Counted from the first letter of the stretch, positions 21,901 to 32,459 are shown. The stretch: DNA of 64,000 bases from Nitrosopumilus sp. (GCA_963662625.1 OY759726.1:1-64000), one strand, 5' to 3'. Program-made: numbers and translations. Notes: generated from the sequence alone by a model not told the origin.

Positions 21901-22178
21901 TGCGTCTCCACCGCCATCCCCAGGCCGCCCGGGACGGGCGCCCCCTCCCGGGCCATCTCCAGCGCCACCCGGACCGTCCGGCCGTCGGCGCCCTCCCGGG
22001 CGGCCGCGTTCTGCGCGGGCCGGTCTCCCGCCGCCGACCCGTAGAGGGCCGCGAGCCGGGAGTCCATGTTGTGGAACTTTTTTTCGGCGCCCGCCGCGGG
22101 GGGCGGGTCCTGGGCGTGGGCCGCCGGGGCCAGCGCCGCGAAGGCCAGGACCAGCGAGAACGCGAGCAGGCGATTCAC
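18996..22178 (-). CDS. Secreted S8 subtilisin-like protease with cupredoxin-like, Ig-like and SdrD-B-like domains
   Basis: Signal peptide; triad VIDTG / HGTASA / GTSAAAPH; VFSDANGNGVRDSGE repeats; GTG start 22178 about 25 bp after TTTATAA. Confidence 0.9.
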   Translation of the reverse strand: MNRLLAFSLVLAFAALAPAAHAQDPPPAAGAEKKFHNMDSRLAALYGSAAGDRPAQNAAAREGADGRTVRVALEMAREGAPVPGGLGMAVETQYGELVQAAAPVGSLGAVAADENVRLVALPAKPAPVILPAHAGGPAGQGYGTAAAGASGFDATRASVWLSSGTTVTEGAGVMGSDAANSAGHTGKGVKVAVIDTGFDIHNPEIAGNVAGHASFDSSSGIAGGNSRHGTASAEVIVDVAPDVELYLYNFGTRIEFLNLVDHIISRGDIDIVSMSLAWFNSPGPADGTSVISQKVGEARESGILWVNSAGNSADKHWQGRFSDPDGDGWHNFRGHDESIDIDVGAGETLTVILSWWGSPSQDYDLRLADGDSNLLDLSANAQPGYRPFEKVERAFRSDATVHVSIDGRSAAGDADFQLFTIRHDLSEYAVARSSVVIPADSPGSLSVGAKYWRTDALEPYSSQGPTLDGRAKPDVTAPTCVSTTAYAYDAYCGTSAAAPHAAGAAALAMEKHPGATAGEIQALLESTVESRHAKSDRDGTGRVDVSMLAGSDILALDNADPGCDPCFFPETLEVSPGDTVTWVNAGNSAVSVAGDPSGGKQFASGLLSRGAPYSVTFDGDGTFGYSDALHSWATGRVVAGTGEYAWPAISSAAVTGPNQATVEFSKPVAAALGDFVDITMSGEAAVRKFTGISGSGTDTVTLGFAGPPAPPDAAGAMYVGTGIVDGDGNAVAGPLTVPVGDGQAPSLTAVSVASSGAVPGTARAGDAVTLEFTASEGIAGVSVAINGNHSEPVSAGGGSWSAARAVDGTDPAGPVEFGIDFEDAAGNAGPRATAATDGSSVSVSRADASIRGTVFSDANGNGVRDSGEGAIPGYAMVAVDVSTGEARTAVTGPDGIYAFGAVTPHPHATLVQTHYFPFDHTLTTGSPYAYLGPELGATSAWDVGFRQVPPEEAVTLEVSAYRDDDSDGERDPGEPPFPGVTVHTYTYTTAELEAAVTGPGGTATMAGLVPADWLAQVAVPAGYAATSPPDPATGVRGTFLAIAPEPGSTHPMEIGLGPAP

Positions 22179-22595
22179 GCGACGTGTTCCTTCCGCGCGC
22201 GTTATAAATCGAAGGGGCGCGTGCAACATTCCCAGAAGTGCCTCAAGAGCCCGCCGCAGTCACGCGTGTTTGGTTGCGGGGCGCCGCCGGGGCCCCCGCC
22301 TCCGGCGCATCCGCAGGGCACTCCTGGGAAGACTGCATGCTGACGCCGGCCATAAACCTCAACCACGTAACCCGGGCACGGATCGAGAAGCCGCTGGATG
22401 CATTACAGCAACTACTGGGCGGTTGACACAGGTGCGGTCTCGGGGTATTTCAGAACGCGCCCGATCAGGCTTGACGCCTGCAAGTTCCCGTACCGGCCCA
22501 TCTAAGTGGAAATTTTCAATACTCGTCATCACAGAGTTAAAGTTTACGTAACTCTTACTCATTCTTTTTATTAACTCAATTTTGATAAACAGGGC

Positions 22596-24155
22596 ATGGA
22601 AGCTCTGAATAAAGGTAAGCCTCTAAACGTCAATCTGCTTCAGACTTTGGATAATCTGTTAAAATCATACGTGGAAACGGATCATTTGGACATTCTGGTA
22701 AATGAGGTCATAGCTAATGGATACGATGCATTCAGGGAAAACAGCGTTAAAAACGGCATAATTTCCATCAAGCTAAAAAACATTGGGTCTGAATACTGTA
22801 TTGAGTTTCATAACAATGCGCCACCCATGGGCGAGGACCAATTTATCAAAAAATATCACACCCTTTCAGAGTCTACAAAAACGTTAGGAGATGGGATAGG
22901 CTATGCAGGTGTGGGGGCCAAATTATTTACAGCCTCAAAATACGATGGGGAGATCGTAACCATCACAGGAACAGGAGGGGATGACTTTCTGGCATCCAAA
23001 ATGTATGTTGAAGACTCCAATGTCTTGCATAAAACCTCACAGGATAGCCAACTAAAAGAAATTTTGGACGATCCAAATTATGTTCACAAATATGGAACGG
23101 CCTACAGGGCAAAGTTGACACTTCTTGCATACATGGAATTAAGGGAAAAACTGCCCAAAATCATCCAAACGTGGTGGAATTATTGCCTTTTAACAAAACA
23201 ATTCATGGTTACGGTTAACGGGAAAAAACTATCACCGTGGGAACCCAAGGGTGCTCAAAGATTCAAGCGCACGTTCACTTGGAGAGGCAAGAAAATCCCA
23301 GCAATATGCTATATTTCCAAGAATGCAGTTCCAGAAGATATGCGCCACATAGTCTTGACAGTATATGGAAAGCGGATAGAAAACAACCTGTTGGAAAACC
23401 CGGTTGAGATAAAAGAAGGCTATTCCGACCGGGTTTTCTGCATGGCAGACGTTACGTTTCTTGGCAAGCATTTGAGACTGAATAAAGAATCCTTTGCAAA
23501 AAATCCAGAGACAAGCAAATGCAGAAACAAAATCAAGGAGGGCTTTTGGAAATTTCTGGAAGAGAGGGGATTACTAGCTAAAGATGTCAAGCGAAACACC
23601 GATGCAAACGTAGTGGTCAATGAGCTGACAAAACGACTGGATATCTTGCTGAACAAAAAGGAGTTCATAGATCTGAATCCGTTTTTAAACCCACGTAAGC
23701 GAGATATTCCTGCAAAAGACAGTAATGGAACAATTACCGTTTCAGAGACTTTTGGGGAGGGAACATATTCTGGCACTGGTGGTTCTGGAAGTGGCAGCAG
23801 GGAGGAAACCAATACGATAGACAGTGAAACAAACACGAATGTTGTTCAAGATGATTCTGGAAGGGAGTCAGGTTCAACAAAAAATAAAAGATCAAAAGGT
23901 TTGCAGATCATTCCTGCATTCGATATTAAAACCCATAGTGATGAGGCGTTTGTAGACTTGCTCAGGGGAGGGGTGGTGGTTGACATGGCCCATCCTTTTT
24001 TCATTTTGTGCAACAAAAATCCAACGTTACGGGATTTTAACCTGAATCGAATTTTGATTGAGGCATTAATTAAATTCAAGAACGGGGAGGTTGACTGGGA
24101 TGCGACGCAGACACTGAACAAGTTTAGAGACCTTTTGCACGCGTGTTGGAAATGA
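22596..24155 (+). CDS. GHKL (MORC/MutL-like) ATPase
   Basis: NEVIANGYDA (motif I), HNNAPPM, IGYAGVGAK; low-complexity G/S/T linker before C-terminal domain; AT-rich. Confidence 0.8.
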   Translation: MEALNKGKPLNVNLLQTLDNLLKSYVETDHLDILVNEVIANGYDAFRENSVKNGIISIKLKNIGSEYCIEFHNNAPPMGEDQFIKKYHTLSESTKTLGDGIGYAGVGAKLFTASKYDGEIVTITGTGGDDFLASKMYVEDSNVLHKTSQDSQLKEILDDPNYVHKYGTAYRAKLTLLAYMELREKLPKIIQTWWNYCLLTKQFMVTVNGKKLSPWEPKGAQRFKRTFTWRGKKIPAICYISKNAVPEDMRHIVLTVYGKRIENNLLENPVEIKEGYSDRVFCMADVTFLGKHLRLNKESFAKNPETSKCRNKIKEGFWKFLEERGLLAKDVKRNTDANVVVNELTKRLDILLNKKEFIDLNPFLNPRKRDIPAKDSNGTITVSETFGEGTYSGTGGSGSGSREETNTIDSETNTNVVQDDSGRESGSTKNKRSKGLQIIPAFDIKTHSDEAFVDLLRGGVVVDMAHPFFILCNKNPTLRDFNLNRILIEALIKFKNGEVDWDATQTLNKFRDLLHACWK

Positions 24156-24730
24156 AAATAAGCAAAATCCCCATAGCAATCGTCGAGATAACGACTCCCA
24201 GCGGTGAGACCATCAAGGAAATTATGATAGACGTGCACGATTACCACGAGGTGGACGGAAACCCGTCGGAAAAAATCCAAGATTTTAAGAAAAAATACTT
24301 TGCCATGATTGAAAGGATTAAGAAGTTATTTGGCCAGGATCACAACTGCCCAAGTTCATCATATTATAAAATCGGTGTCTTGTTGCAGAAGTTCAACAAC
24401 GAAATAAAGAATGAGTTTGAGATAAAAAACTACACCGAGGCTGTTTCCAGAGATTTTGGATTGAGCAGGGATTACATAAATGACATTTTGTTAATAGTAG
24501 AAGTCTTTAAGAAGAACCAAATAATCGATGAAATCCCATTTTCATACTATAGGGAGTTGAAAAGAAAGAGAACCGAGCTGAAGGGCATATTTGGAAAGGA
24601 AATTCTACGCCTCAACAAAATGGGAAAGGAAGGAAAACTTCCAGGAAGGGAAAGCTACAAAATGGAATTAATAGACATCATCGAAAACAAACGCCTACAT
24701 CCAAAGACCGGGCTCGACTGTTTTATGTAA
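24152..24730 (+). CDS. Hypothetical protein resembling DUF1016 (YhcG) N-terminal domain
   Basis: ATGA overlap with ATPase stop; YYKIG...VSRDFGLSRDYI...IPFSYYREL resembles YWxIG...LSxDL..GFS...LSWSHY. Confidence 0.55.
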   Translation: MKISKIPIAIVEITTPSGETIKEIMIDVHDYHEVDGNPSEKIQDFKKKYFAMIERIKKLFGQDHNCPSSSYYKIGVLLQKFNNEIKNEFEIKNYTEAVSRDFGLSRDYINDILLIVEVFKKNQIIDEIPFSYYRELKRKRTELKGIFGKEILRLNKMGKEGKLPGRESYKMELIDIIENKRLHPKTGLDCFM

Positions 24731-24855
24731 CGGTGCTGCCCAATGATCTTGGCAGGAATTATTTGAATTCATCATACTGGCTTGATTTTAAATATCTGCT
24801 GTTCATTGGTGGTGGTCGGCTATTGCCTCAACTTACCGAATCAGAAAGAATTACA

Positions 24856-25290
24856 TAGCAACGCGCATGAGTTCATGAGACCAATTTATCAGACCAAAGC
24901 ACACTTTGATCGCTACGTTCCACGCAAGCTATGGCCACAACCACGCCGGAAGATCCCGGGAAGGCATACAAAAAAAGAGGACCCAGTGGCGATCAAGAGG
25001 ATGCCGCGGCGAGCATGGTGTGCAACCGTAGTAATCCCAACTAATAATCGCTCACAAAACAACCAACAATATCAGGCCGAAAGGTCCAGATCGTGGCAAG
25101 CCTGACACTGCACATGAAAGACATCATCATGCCAACAGGAAGGGAGTTCCTTCCCAATACTGGGGCGGGGCACCTCGGGAAGACCCGCAGGACGGAGACG
25201 GATCCGAAGGCACACGCGCGGCTGCTTGCGCATGTCATGCGCAAGGAGGGCACGTCCATACGCCAGATAGGGGGGCGCTGAACAGGCCCT
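24856..25290 (+). mobile_element. Two adjacent IS630-family left-end remnants (24856-25028 and 25029-25290)
   Basis: First matches the ends at 2093/9868; second matches 14890-15095 and keeps the left TIR. Confidence 0.7.
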
Positions 25291-25646
25291 ACCCGGCAGT
25301 ACATGGGTGACCCGTAGTCAACGCATTACCGATCCGTTCATTTTGGGCGTAACTGGTTACTTTTTGAGCATGATGGTGGGCGTGGATTCGCCCACAATGC
25401 GTGTTTTGGCGGCTCATTGTTAAACGATTTCATAAGGCGTTGACTACAGACGAGCCGGGGCCTCCGCCTCCGGCGCACACCATGATGATCGGCATGGTGG
25501 AAGCAGGTGGTGCCGGCGATGCTGGCAAAAACACGGGCCGGCGATCTCCCACAGGACAGCATGTCCATTACCTACAGACATCCCGTCCGACCTACATTAA
25601 GCAAGACAGTACGTATTTTGCGTTCCAGCATGTGGCGGTATCCAAC

Positions 25647-27870
25647 CTACCGGTTAGACGGCATTTTTTTAGCTATTCTGCATTTGATGAACTTCATGGC
25701 CTCTACGATCTCTGCTGGTATTTCTCCAGCAAGCAGCAATTCGTTAATCCTGTCCAAATCAGCGCGGGGCTTGCTGTCTTTTGGAGTGACTTTGGTCCGC
25801 ATTACGTCCTCGATGTCCTTGGTAAAGACATACATGCCGTGCTTTAATGCGATTTTGCGCAATATCTCGACACATCTTGGCTCATACCAAGACTGCCCGG
25901 TGCCGGCGCTTTGCGCATTTTCGCTTGTGTGGGAGATTGATTTTGCCATGTCCTGAATGTCTGCTTTCTCAGAGTCAGACAGCCCCTCGGTCTGCTCCAC
26001 GTATCGGACTACGGGCGATGTCCTGACCTCGGTGCCGTCGATATCTATCTTGGCAGTGCACTCCATGAGGGCATCGTGGTCGAGAATGGCGGCGTGCGGA
26101 ATGCCCAGCCCCTTGGCAAGATTGATCATGAGCGGCATGGAGTCCTTTCCCCCAACGTCTAGAACCGCCCACTCGTTTTCCTCCATGTTCGGGGCGTTTG
26201 GATCAGCATTGTCCGTCATATGCCGATCCGTTTTTTCCAAGACGATCCTATCTGATGGGCCCTCTACCAGGACAACCCCGCGCTGGAATAGGATGCCCCG
26301 CACCTCAGTGTCGTAAAATCTTCTGGTCATTTGCTTGCTTTGCCGCATGGGCCGGATCGCGGCATGAAGGTTGATTGCCCGGGTGTCGCCCCCTGCGGCC
26401 GAAAGCCTCCACGTGCTTTCAAAATTTTCAGAGTTTACGAGAAACGGGGAGTGTGTGATCATTACGACCTGGTTGCAGTTTTTCTGCACCGCCCTGCAGA
26501 CAATATCCATCACGTGTCTTTGCATGATTGGGTGGAGGTTTGACGCGGGCTCGTCTAGCAGGATGATCTTGTTTTGCTGCCCTACCAGTGCAGTCAGCAA
26601 GACCAGCAGTTCTATTGTTCCCGCAGACGCAAACCCGGCCGGGATAGGCATCCCTTTTTTTATAACCTGGATCCCGAGTTCCTGCCTTACGATCCTTTCC
26701 GTTTTATTTTCCATGCCCGAGGGTTGGATGCCGCCGGATCCCTCGCCCCAGTACACAGCCGGCTCTGCAGTAGGTCTGTAGGGGAGCTTGACTTGCTTTG
26801 GGCGAACGATGACGTCCACTTCCATGCGGGTGATTTTCTTGAACTGCGACACGATCTCTTTGAACCTGCCTTTTGTCGGAGGATCGTCGCTTTGGTTTAG
26901 GGAGTGTAAAATCTTGGGCAGGTTTTCCCCCGACACGTTCATCATCTCTTTTTCGTACAGGAGGTCTTCGGGATCCAAGATCGCCTTTGGCCCGGAGCGG
27001 AGGTCTGCTGTCTTGACAATGGACGTCCTAAGTGACATGGCGACCAGCCTCACAAATGTCGCCTGGCGCTCTTCGGGATCGGTTCTGCTGACAAAGTCAC
27101 GAAGGCTCATGAACTCCGGCACCAATTCTCCATTTGCCTCGTATTCGTCTAGTTGGAATCCGCCAGGATCGACAAGGTACTCTTCATCGGTGGCGTCGCA
27201 GACAGAGTCGAATAGCGAAAAAGAAAAGTTACGCAGATCAGGCACTCTACCCTTGTTGCGTGCGAGGAACTCTTTTAGTTCAGGGAACTGCTCCTTTGCC
27301 TCGTGTAAAATGATGGTTTGGAGGTTCCTCACAGAATCGCTGTTCCGCCTTGAGCGTGTTTTCGTGAAATAAGATTCTTGGTAAAAGAGTGTTTTCCCGC
27401 CTTTTGTAATCTTGAAATGGTACTCTGGGCGATGCCTCGTTCTCCCGCTGGCGGTTATTACCACAGTCAGGCTTTCCCCAAAATCCGAAAAGATCTTTTC
27501 GACGTTACCTGACAGTACCTTTCTGACTATTTTTTCTGCCGCCTCTGGGAGCTCCTCCCTGTTGAACGCCAGGCCGCCCATAAAGGCACGAACAGGCAAA
27601 CAGGTTCATCAACGCCTCCCTTTCCTCGCCGTCAAAATCCAGATCCAGTTCAATCCGAATAGGCCGCTCAAAATTTTTGTTGTGGTAGTATGGCTCGGAC
27701 GGCGTGTTCTGCCCGCTCAGCAGGTTTGCTGCCAGTTCGATGGCCCTGAATACGTTGGTTTTTCCAGAGTTGTTGGCGCCGACAATCGTGTTCAGTTTTG
27801 AAAGTTCCAGCTCCTGTACGGCGTTTCCAAACGAAAGGAAGTTCCGTAACCGTATTTTTCTAATCTTCAT
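25647..27870 (-). CDS. OLD-family ATP-dependent nuclease (ABC ATPase plus TOPRIM), apparent frameshift near 27575
   Basis: Walker A GANNSGKT (ORF 27505-27870); LLDEPASNLHP, ITHSP, VEGPSD and LDHD in ORF 25647-27599. Confidence 0.85.
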
Positions 27871-27931
27871 CTCTAATCTGCCGTGTGGCTGTTATTCGAG
27901 TGTCTCAGTGCTTAAAGATTTTGCTTGCTAG

Positions 27932-28160
27932 TAATCTGTCGCATGACTCGGCACGATTCGCCAGGGTCATGACCTGACCGCGCCGTCCGGCGCCCCCATA
28001 CTCCTGCCGCCTCAGCCCACCCGCCGTACTGGGCTCCCCTGAGTCTTATCTCCTGCGCCGCGTGTTCCCACTTGCGCGTGCGCACGCGGCCCGCGAACAT
28101 CCTCTTGAACGCCGACGTGGCTATCCCGGTCAGCCGCCCCCGCCGTACCCGACCGGGCTT
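27932..28160 (-). mobile_element. Decayed IS5-family 3' end fragment
   Basis: SAFKRMFAGRVRTRKWEHAAQEIRLRGAQY matches the IS5 C-terminus; diverged right end. Confidence 0.7.
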
Positions 28161-28384
28161 CGTCCCAGAAGTACAAGGATCTACTTTCGTTCCGCGTATT
28201 TGGCCGCATGGCATACCGGAATCCTTGCCCCGGCGTATCCGCGAGATGCCAGGGAGAGCGAAATGGCGGAATTGTTTTTGTGGTGGATTTTCTACGGTGA
28301 AACGATTTAGCAAGACTGCTGGCAATCCCGAATTCCTCGATACTCTGAAGCGGCAACGTTTTATTCCCATACAGGCACAGTGCG

Positions 28385-29242
28385 GTGTTGGAGCCCAAAC
28401 CCCACCAGTATAGAAAGAACCCGGAGTTCAAGGGGCTAGAGGCATTTGTCTGGGAGTACCTAAACCAGATAGGCAGCACCATACCGCAGATAGAAAAGGG
28501 CAAGGACAGAACGCATGGCGGGGATCCGGGGCAGCGGAAGTCCGGAAACGAGCCGATCTGGCACACCAAGGCAGGCCTGGACGAGTTTGTGGCAAGATCG
28601 CTGAACCTGAGGCTGGAAGACTACGGCGCGGACAAGAGTGCAAATCCGCTATACAAGGCAATAGCAAACGAGATATCCAACCTGCGAAAAAACGACATCC
28701 TCATAGATTGGAAAAAAGTCAAGAAGAGCAATACGGGCATGGGGGTGTGGCGGCTAGACAAGACCAGGATTGAGGAATATGCGCGTGATCGCGTTGAGGA
28801 GGAGATGGGGAGCAGGAACTACTATTCCGTGGGCCTCTCACACATAATATTCGTAAGGCAGAAACAGAACGCATTCCGGGCAGAGCTTTTAAGAGAATAC
28901 TACAGGTGCGTGTTTTGCGCATTCAAACTGGCGGATTACCTGATAGGCGCGCATATTGTGCCATACTCGGTAATGAGAAAGGAGGATGCGGAAAATTCCA
29001 TGAACCCCGCAAACGGGTTGCTGCTGTGCAGGATGTGCGATGCCGCATTTGAGCTCGGTTCCATAACAGTAAACGAGGATCTCAGCATCGAGGTGTCAGA
29101 GTACCTGAAGGAGCAGACCGCCTGTTACGCAAAGTCCTGGATCAGGTCTATCGGCACGGAGATAACCCTGAAAAAGAACCCGCGGCATCAGCCGGATCCC
29201 AAGTACCTCAAATGGAAGAAGGAATTGATACGAGGGGTCTAA
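28385..29242 (+). CDS. HNH endonuclease with helical (possibly winged-helix) N-terminal domain
   Basis: RQKQNAFR...CVFC...GAHIVPY...NGLLLCRMCDAAFE (HNH_2-like). Confidence 0.85.
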   Translation: MLEPKPHQYRKNPEFKGLEAFVWEYLNQIGSTIPQIEKGKDRTHGGDPGQRKSGNEPIWHTKAGLDEFVARSLNLRLEDYGADKSANPLYKAIANEISNLRKNDILIDWKKVKKSNTGMGVWRLDKTRIEEYARDRVEEEMGSRNYYSVGLSHIIFVRQKQNAFRAELLREYYRCVFCAFKLADYLIGAHIVPYSVMRKEDAENSMNPANGLLLCRMCDAAFELGSITVNEDLSIEVSEYLKEQTACYAKSWIRSIGTEITLKKNPRHQPDPKYLKWKKELIRGV

Positions 29243-29708
29243 TTGGTTTAAGAGCTAAAACGCGTTCTGGCTCCCGGATCGACGTCTTTTTGCGCAGCAA
29301 CCATTTCTCCGGGGTTTTAGGCGGCTTGCGGGCGGCCGCGCCAGGCCGTGCCGATCAGCGAGGCGGGCGAGAGCCAGCCCTGCGGGACGGCATGTCAAGT
29401 GTGCCGTAGCCCGGTGCCGGAAGTGCAGGCATCCCGCAGGTATCGCATCGGGGCCGGGCGCAGTCAGTGAACGCATGCATGGCCAGCACATTGTGGAATC
29501 GCCCAACAGGAGATCCCCGGCCCCAAGAACTTTTAATCTCCACCACAACCATGCCCGTCACCATGACGCTGGGCATCACAGCGTGGTCAAGGGAACGATC
29601 GCACGTTACGGGGAACTGCCGACTCCGTGCAGATGCTGGCCATTCCAAGAATGGCGGCTACGACGTGTTTCTGGCAGTAGCCCGTTTCCAGGAATCTGGC
29701 ATGCCTGC

Positions 29709-29876
29709 TCATCCTGCAATCTTTGCAAGCTTTTTGAGCTCTTCCTTGTCCAGCGTAAGCCGGAACAGGACGGCGTCTGGGTTCTTGGCGCCCTCCGACA
29801 TCGGGTAAAAGCTGATCACGAATCTAGAGCCGTCCTTCCTGACCTCGTACGGGCGGCCTCCCAGGGTTTCTCGCAT
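29709..29876 (-). CDS. 55-aa hypothetical protein, absent from the ORF track
   Basis: MRETLGGRPYEVRKDGSRFVISFYPMSEGAKNPDAVLFRLTLDKEELKKLAKIAG; TATA-like CTATAAG about 25-30 bp upstream. Confidence 0.6.
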   Translation of the reverse strand: MRETLGGRPYEVRKDGSRFVISFYPMSEGAKNPDAVLFRLTLDKEELKKLAKIAG

Positions 29877-29920
29877 GCTTCCTGTTTCTGGCAGGGAGCT
29901 TATAGAGTTATTGGAGCCAA

Positions 29921-30130
29921 TAGCTTGTTACGCAACTGCCAGAAATTACCAAGTCTAAACAGTTGAGCCGCCGGCCTAACCACGCCAAATCTAAAATGCC
30001 TTGGATCACGGCCGTGCGCCATACCCGTTGGCTACAACCAACAACTAGAAACACGTCAGGTGCAGGTGGCACTCCAAGCGGCACGGCCATGATATGGCCC
30101 GTGGATCGTGCCGAGTTATGCAACAAGTTA
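29921..30130 (+). mobile_element. MITE-like internal-deletion derivative of the IS5 element (210 bp)
   Basis: Diverged IS5 left about 150 bp joined to right about 60 bp; both TIRs recognisable. Confidence 0.75.
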
Positions 30131-30137
30131 CCCATAC

Positions 30138-32459
30138 TCAATTGTACGGAAAGTCGGTCCGCATCGGATCAAGAGGACGGTAGCCGACTATTTTAGGCTG
30201 TACCGATCACGGAAGGCCATGACAGGAAGACTTACTGAGGGGTCCCGGAAGTACCTGGTCAGACAGCGAGAGAAGGGCGTGCCGTCATCCCAAGTGGCGC
30301 GGGATCTGGGAATCACCGCCAGGCACGTGCGGAGGCTGTGGGCGAGGTTCCTGGAGACCGGAACGACGGCGGCGGGGATGGGCAGGCCGCGCACCTGCAT
30401 GACCGCCGCCATGATACGGCTGGTCACCGGCGCCCACGGGAGGCGCCCTGCGGGCGCGGTGCGCACCGCGAGGCGCCCCAGGAGGTAGTCTGTTGCACAA
30501 CTGCCAGAAATTGCCGAGTCTAAACAGTTGAACCCCCGGCCCAACCATGTCAAACCGAAAAGGCCTTGGATCACGGCCGCGCACCGTCCCCGTTGGCTGC
30601 GACCGACAACGAGAAATACGTCAGGCGCGGGAGGGGCCTGGCTGTGTCGTATGACCCCGGCTGGGAGGACGACCTGAGGGAGGCCAACGCCGGCAAGGAG
30701 GGCGCCCCGTTCAGGTACGCCGGGGCGCTGGTCATGGCCGCCGCCGCGGTGAGGACCTCGCTCGGGGTCCAGTACAGGCAGCTGTCCGGGCTCCTCGCGG
30801 GGATGCTGGGGGGGCACGGCGCGCCGCACTACTCGGTGCTGGCCAGGAGGATGGCGCGCCTCGACGTGGACATCGGCGGGGGAGTCGTCCGCGTCTCCGG
30901 CGGCGGCCAGCCCATGACCCTGCTGGCCGACGCCACGGGCCTGAAGCAGTGCAACCGGGGCGAGCGGGTACGGAAGAAGCGGGAGGCGAGGCGCGGGTTC
31001 GCCAGGCTGCACCTGCTGGCCGACGCCGACACGAAGAAGATGCCCGCGGCGGTGGTGACCGACGACAGGACGGGCGACTCCCCCATGCTGAAGGAGCTCC
31101 TGGGAACCGTGGCGGGGCCGCGTGGCGGGAAGCCGGACGGGAAGCCGGCGGGGAAGCAGGACAGGCGCATGGCGCTGATCCGCGGGAAGGCAGCCGCGGC
31201 GGGGGATCCCCTGCCGCGCGTGGGCTCGCCCCCGCCCAACCTCCTCGCGAGCGGCGTGGCGCCGCTCGCGCTGCAGTGCGGCCAGCCGCCCGGCTCCCAC
31301 GGGGCGCGCCTGATCGCCGACGGGGCGTACGCGTCGCGGGACAACATGCGGAGGTGCCGCGACATGGGCGTGGGGCCTATCATCCCGGTCAAGGTGGCGT
31401 CCACCGCCAGGGGCAAGGGCGCCGGCGGCGCGTGGGGCGAGGCGGTGCGGGACCAGCTGGGGGGCGGCCCGGAGGCGCGCGTCGACAGGATGGGCACGAG
31501 GGAGAGGGAGGAGAACGTCCGGTACCGGGAGGCCAGGAAGGGGTACGGCAGGAGGTGGCTGATCGAGATAATCATATCGGCGTTCAAGAGGATGTTCGGG
31601 GACCACGCGCGCTCGCGCAGGTGGGAGAACATCGTGCAGGAGGTAAGGCTCAGGGTGGCCCAGTACAACCGGTGGGCGGGGGAGGCGGGGGCGTAGGGAC
31701 TCCAAGCGGCACGGCCTGGCCACGGCCCGGGGATCGTGCCGAGTTGTGCAACAGACTACCAGGAGGGACCATTATATAAGCTACTGCTCCGCATGCCGGA
31801 TATTGAAGAAGGCCGGGGCGGTGGCCGCGTCTGCCGCAAAATCGAGGAGGCGCAAGTGGGTGCGCCACGGGCGCAAATGCCCGGACGCCATGTGGCACGT
31901 CGACTGGCACGGGACGAAGGACCCCCGGTTCAGGGGCCTCCAGCTGGTCGCGTACCTGGACGACGCCTCGCGGTGCGCGGTGGCCGCGCGCGTGTTCACG
32001 CAGGCCACGTCGGAGAACGCCGTGCTGGCGCTCAGGGACGCGATCGGGCGGTTCGGCACGCCGGCCACCGTGCTCTCCGACAACGGCCCGTGCTTCGTGG
32101 GCCGGAACGGCCGCAGGAAGGCCCCTCCCCGGCCGTGGAAGCCCACCGCGTCCGGGGCGGAGCTGCTGGGCCTCGGGATCGAGCTCATAAACTCCAGGCC
32201 GCACCACCCCCAGACCAACGGGAAGGCCGGGAGGTTCTTCCGGAGCGCGGGGGACGGGACATGGCACTACGAGAGCATGTCCGAGTACATGGCGTACTAC
32301 AACGAGGACAGGCCGCGCTTCTCCCTGGACATCGACAACTACCAGACCCCGCTGAAGGCCTTCCATGACAAGGAGGCCGTGGCAGCGATCAGGGAGAGCA
32401 ACCCGGGATGGATGGAGGCGGAGGCGGATGACTAGCGGACCGACTTTTCATATACTACA
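30138..32459 (+). mobile_element. IS481-family element interrupted by IS5 copy 2
   Basis: WHVDW, YLDDASR, SDNG, HPQTNGK motifs; IR core aaagtcggtccgc; perfect 15-bp TSD acaagttacccatac (30123-30137, 32460-32474). Confidence 0.9.
30486..31758 (+). mobile_element. IS5-family element copy 2 (transposase 30566-31696)
   Basis: Perfect TIRs; 8-bp TSD ccaggagg (30478-30485, 31759-31766). Confidence 0.92.

Noticed and set aside
22359-22562. 67-aa ORF divergent from the GHKL ATPase
   Set aside because: May be a truncated gene at the island edge, but no motif supports a call
25647-27870. Gabija system
   Set aside because: No GajB/UvrD helicase adjacent
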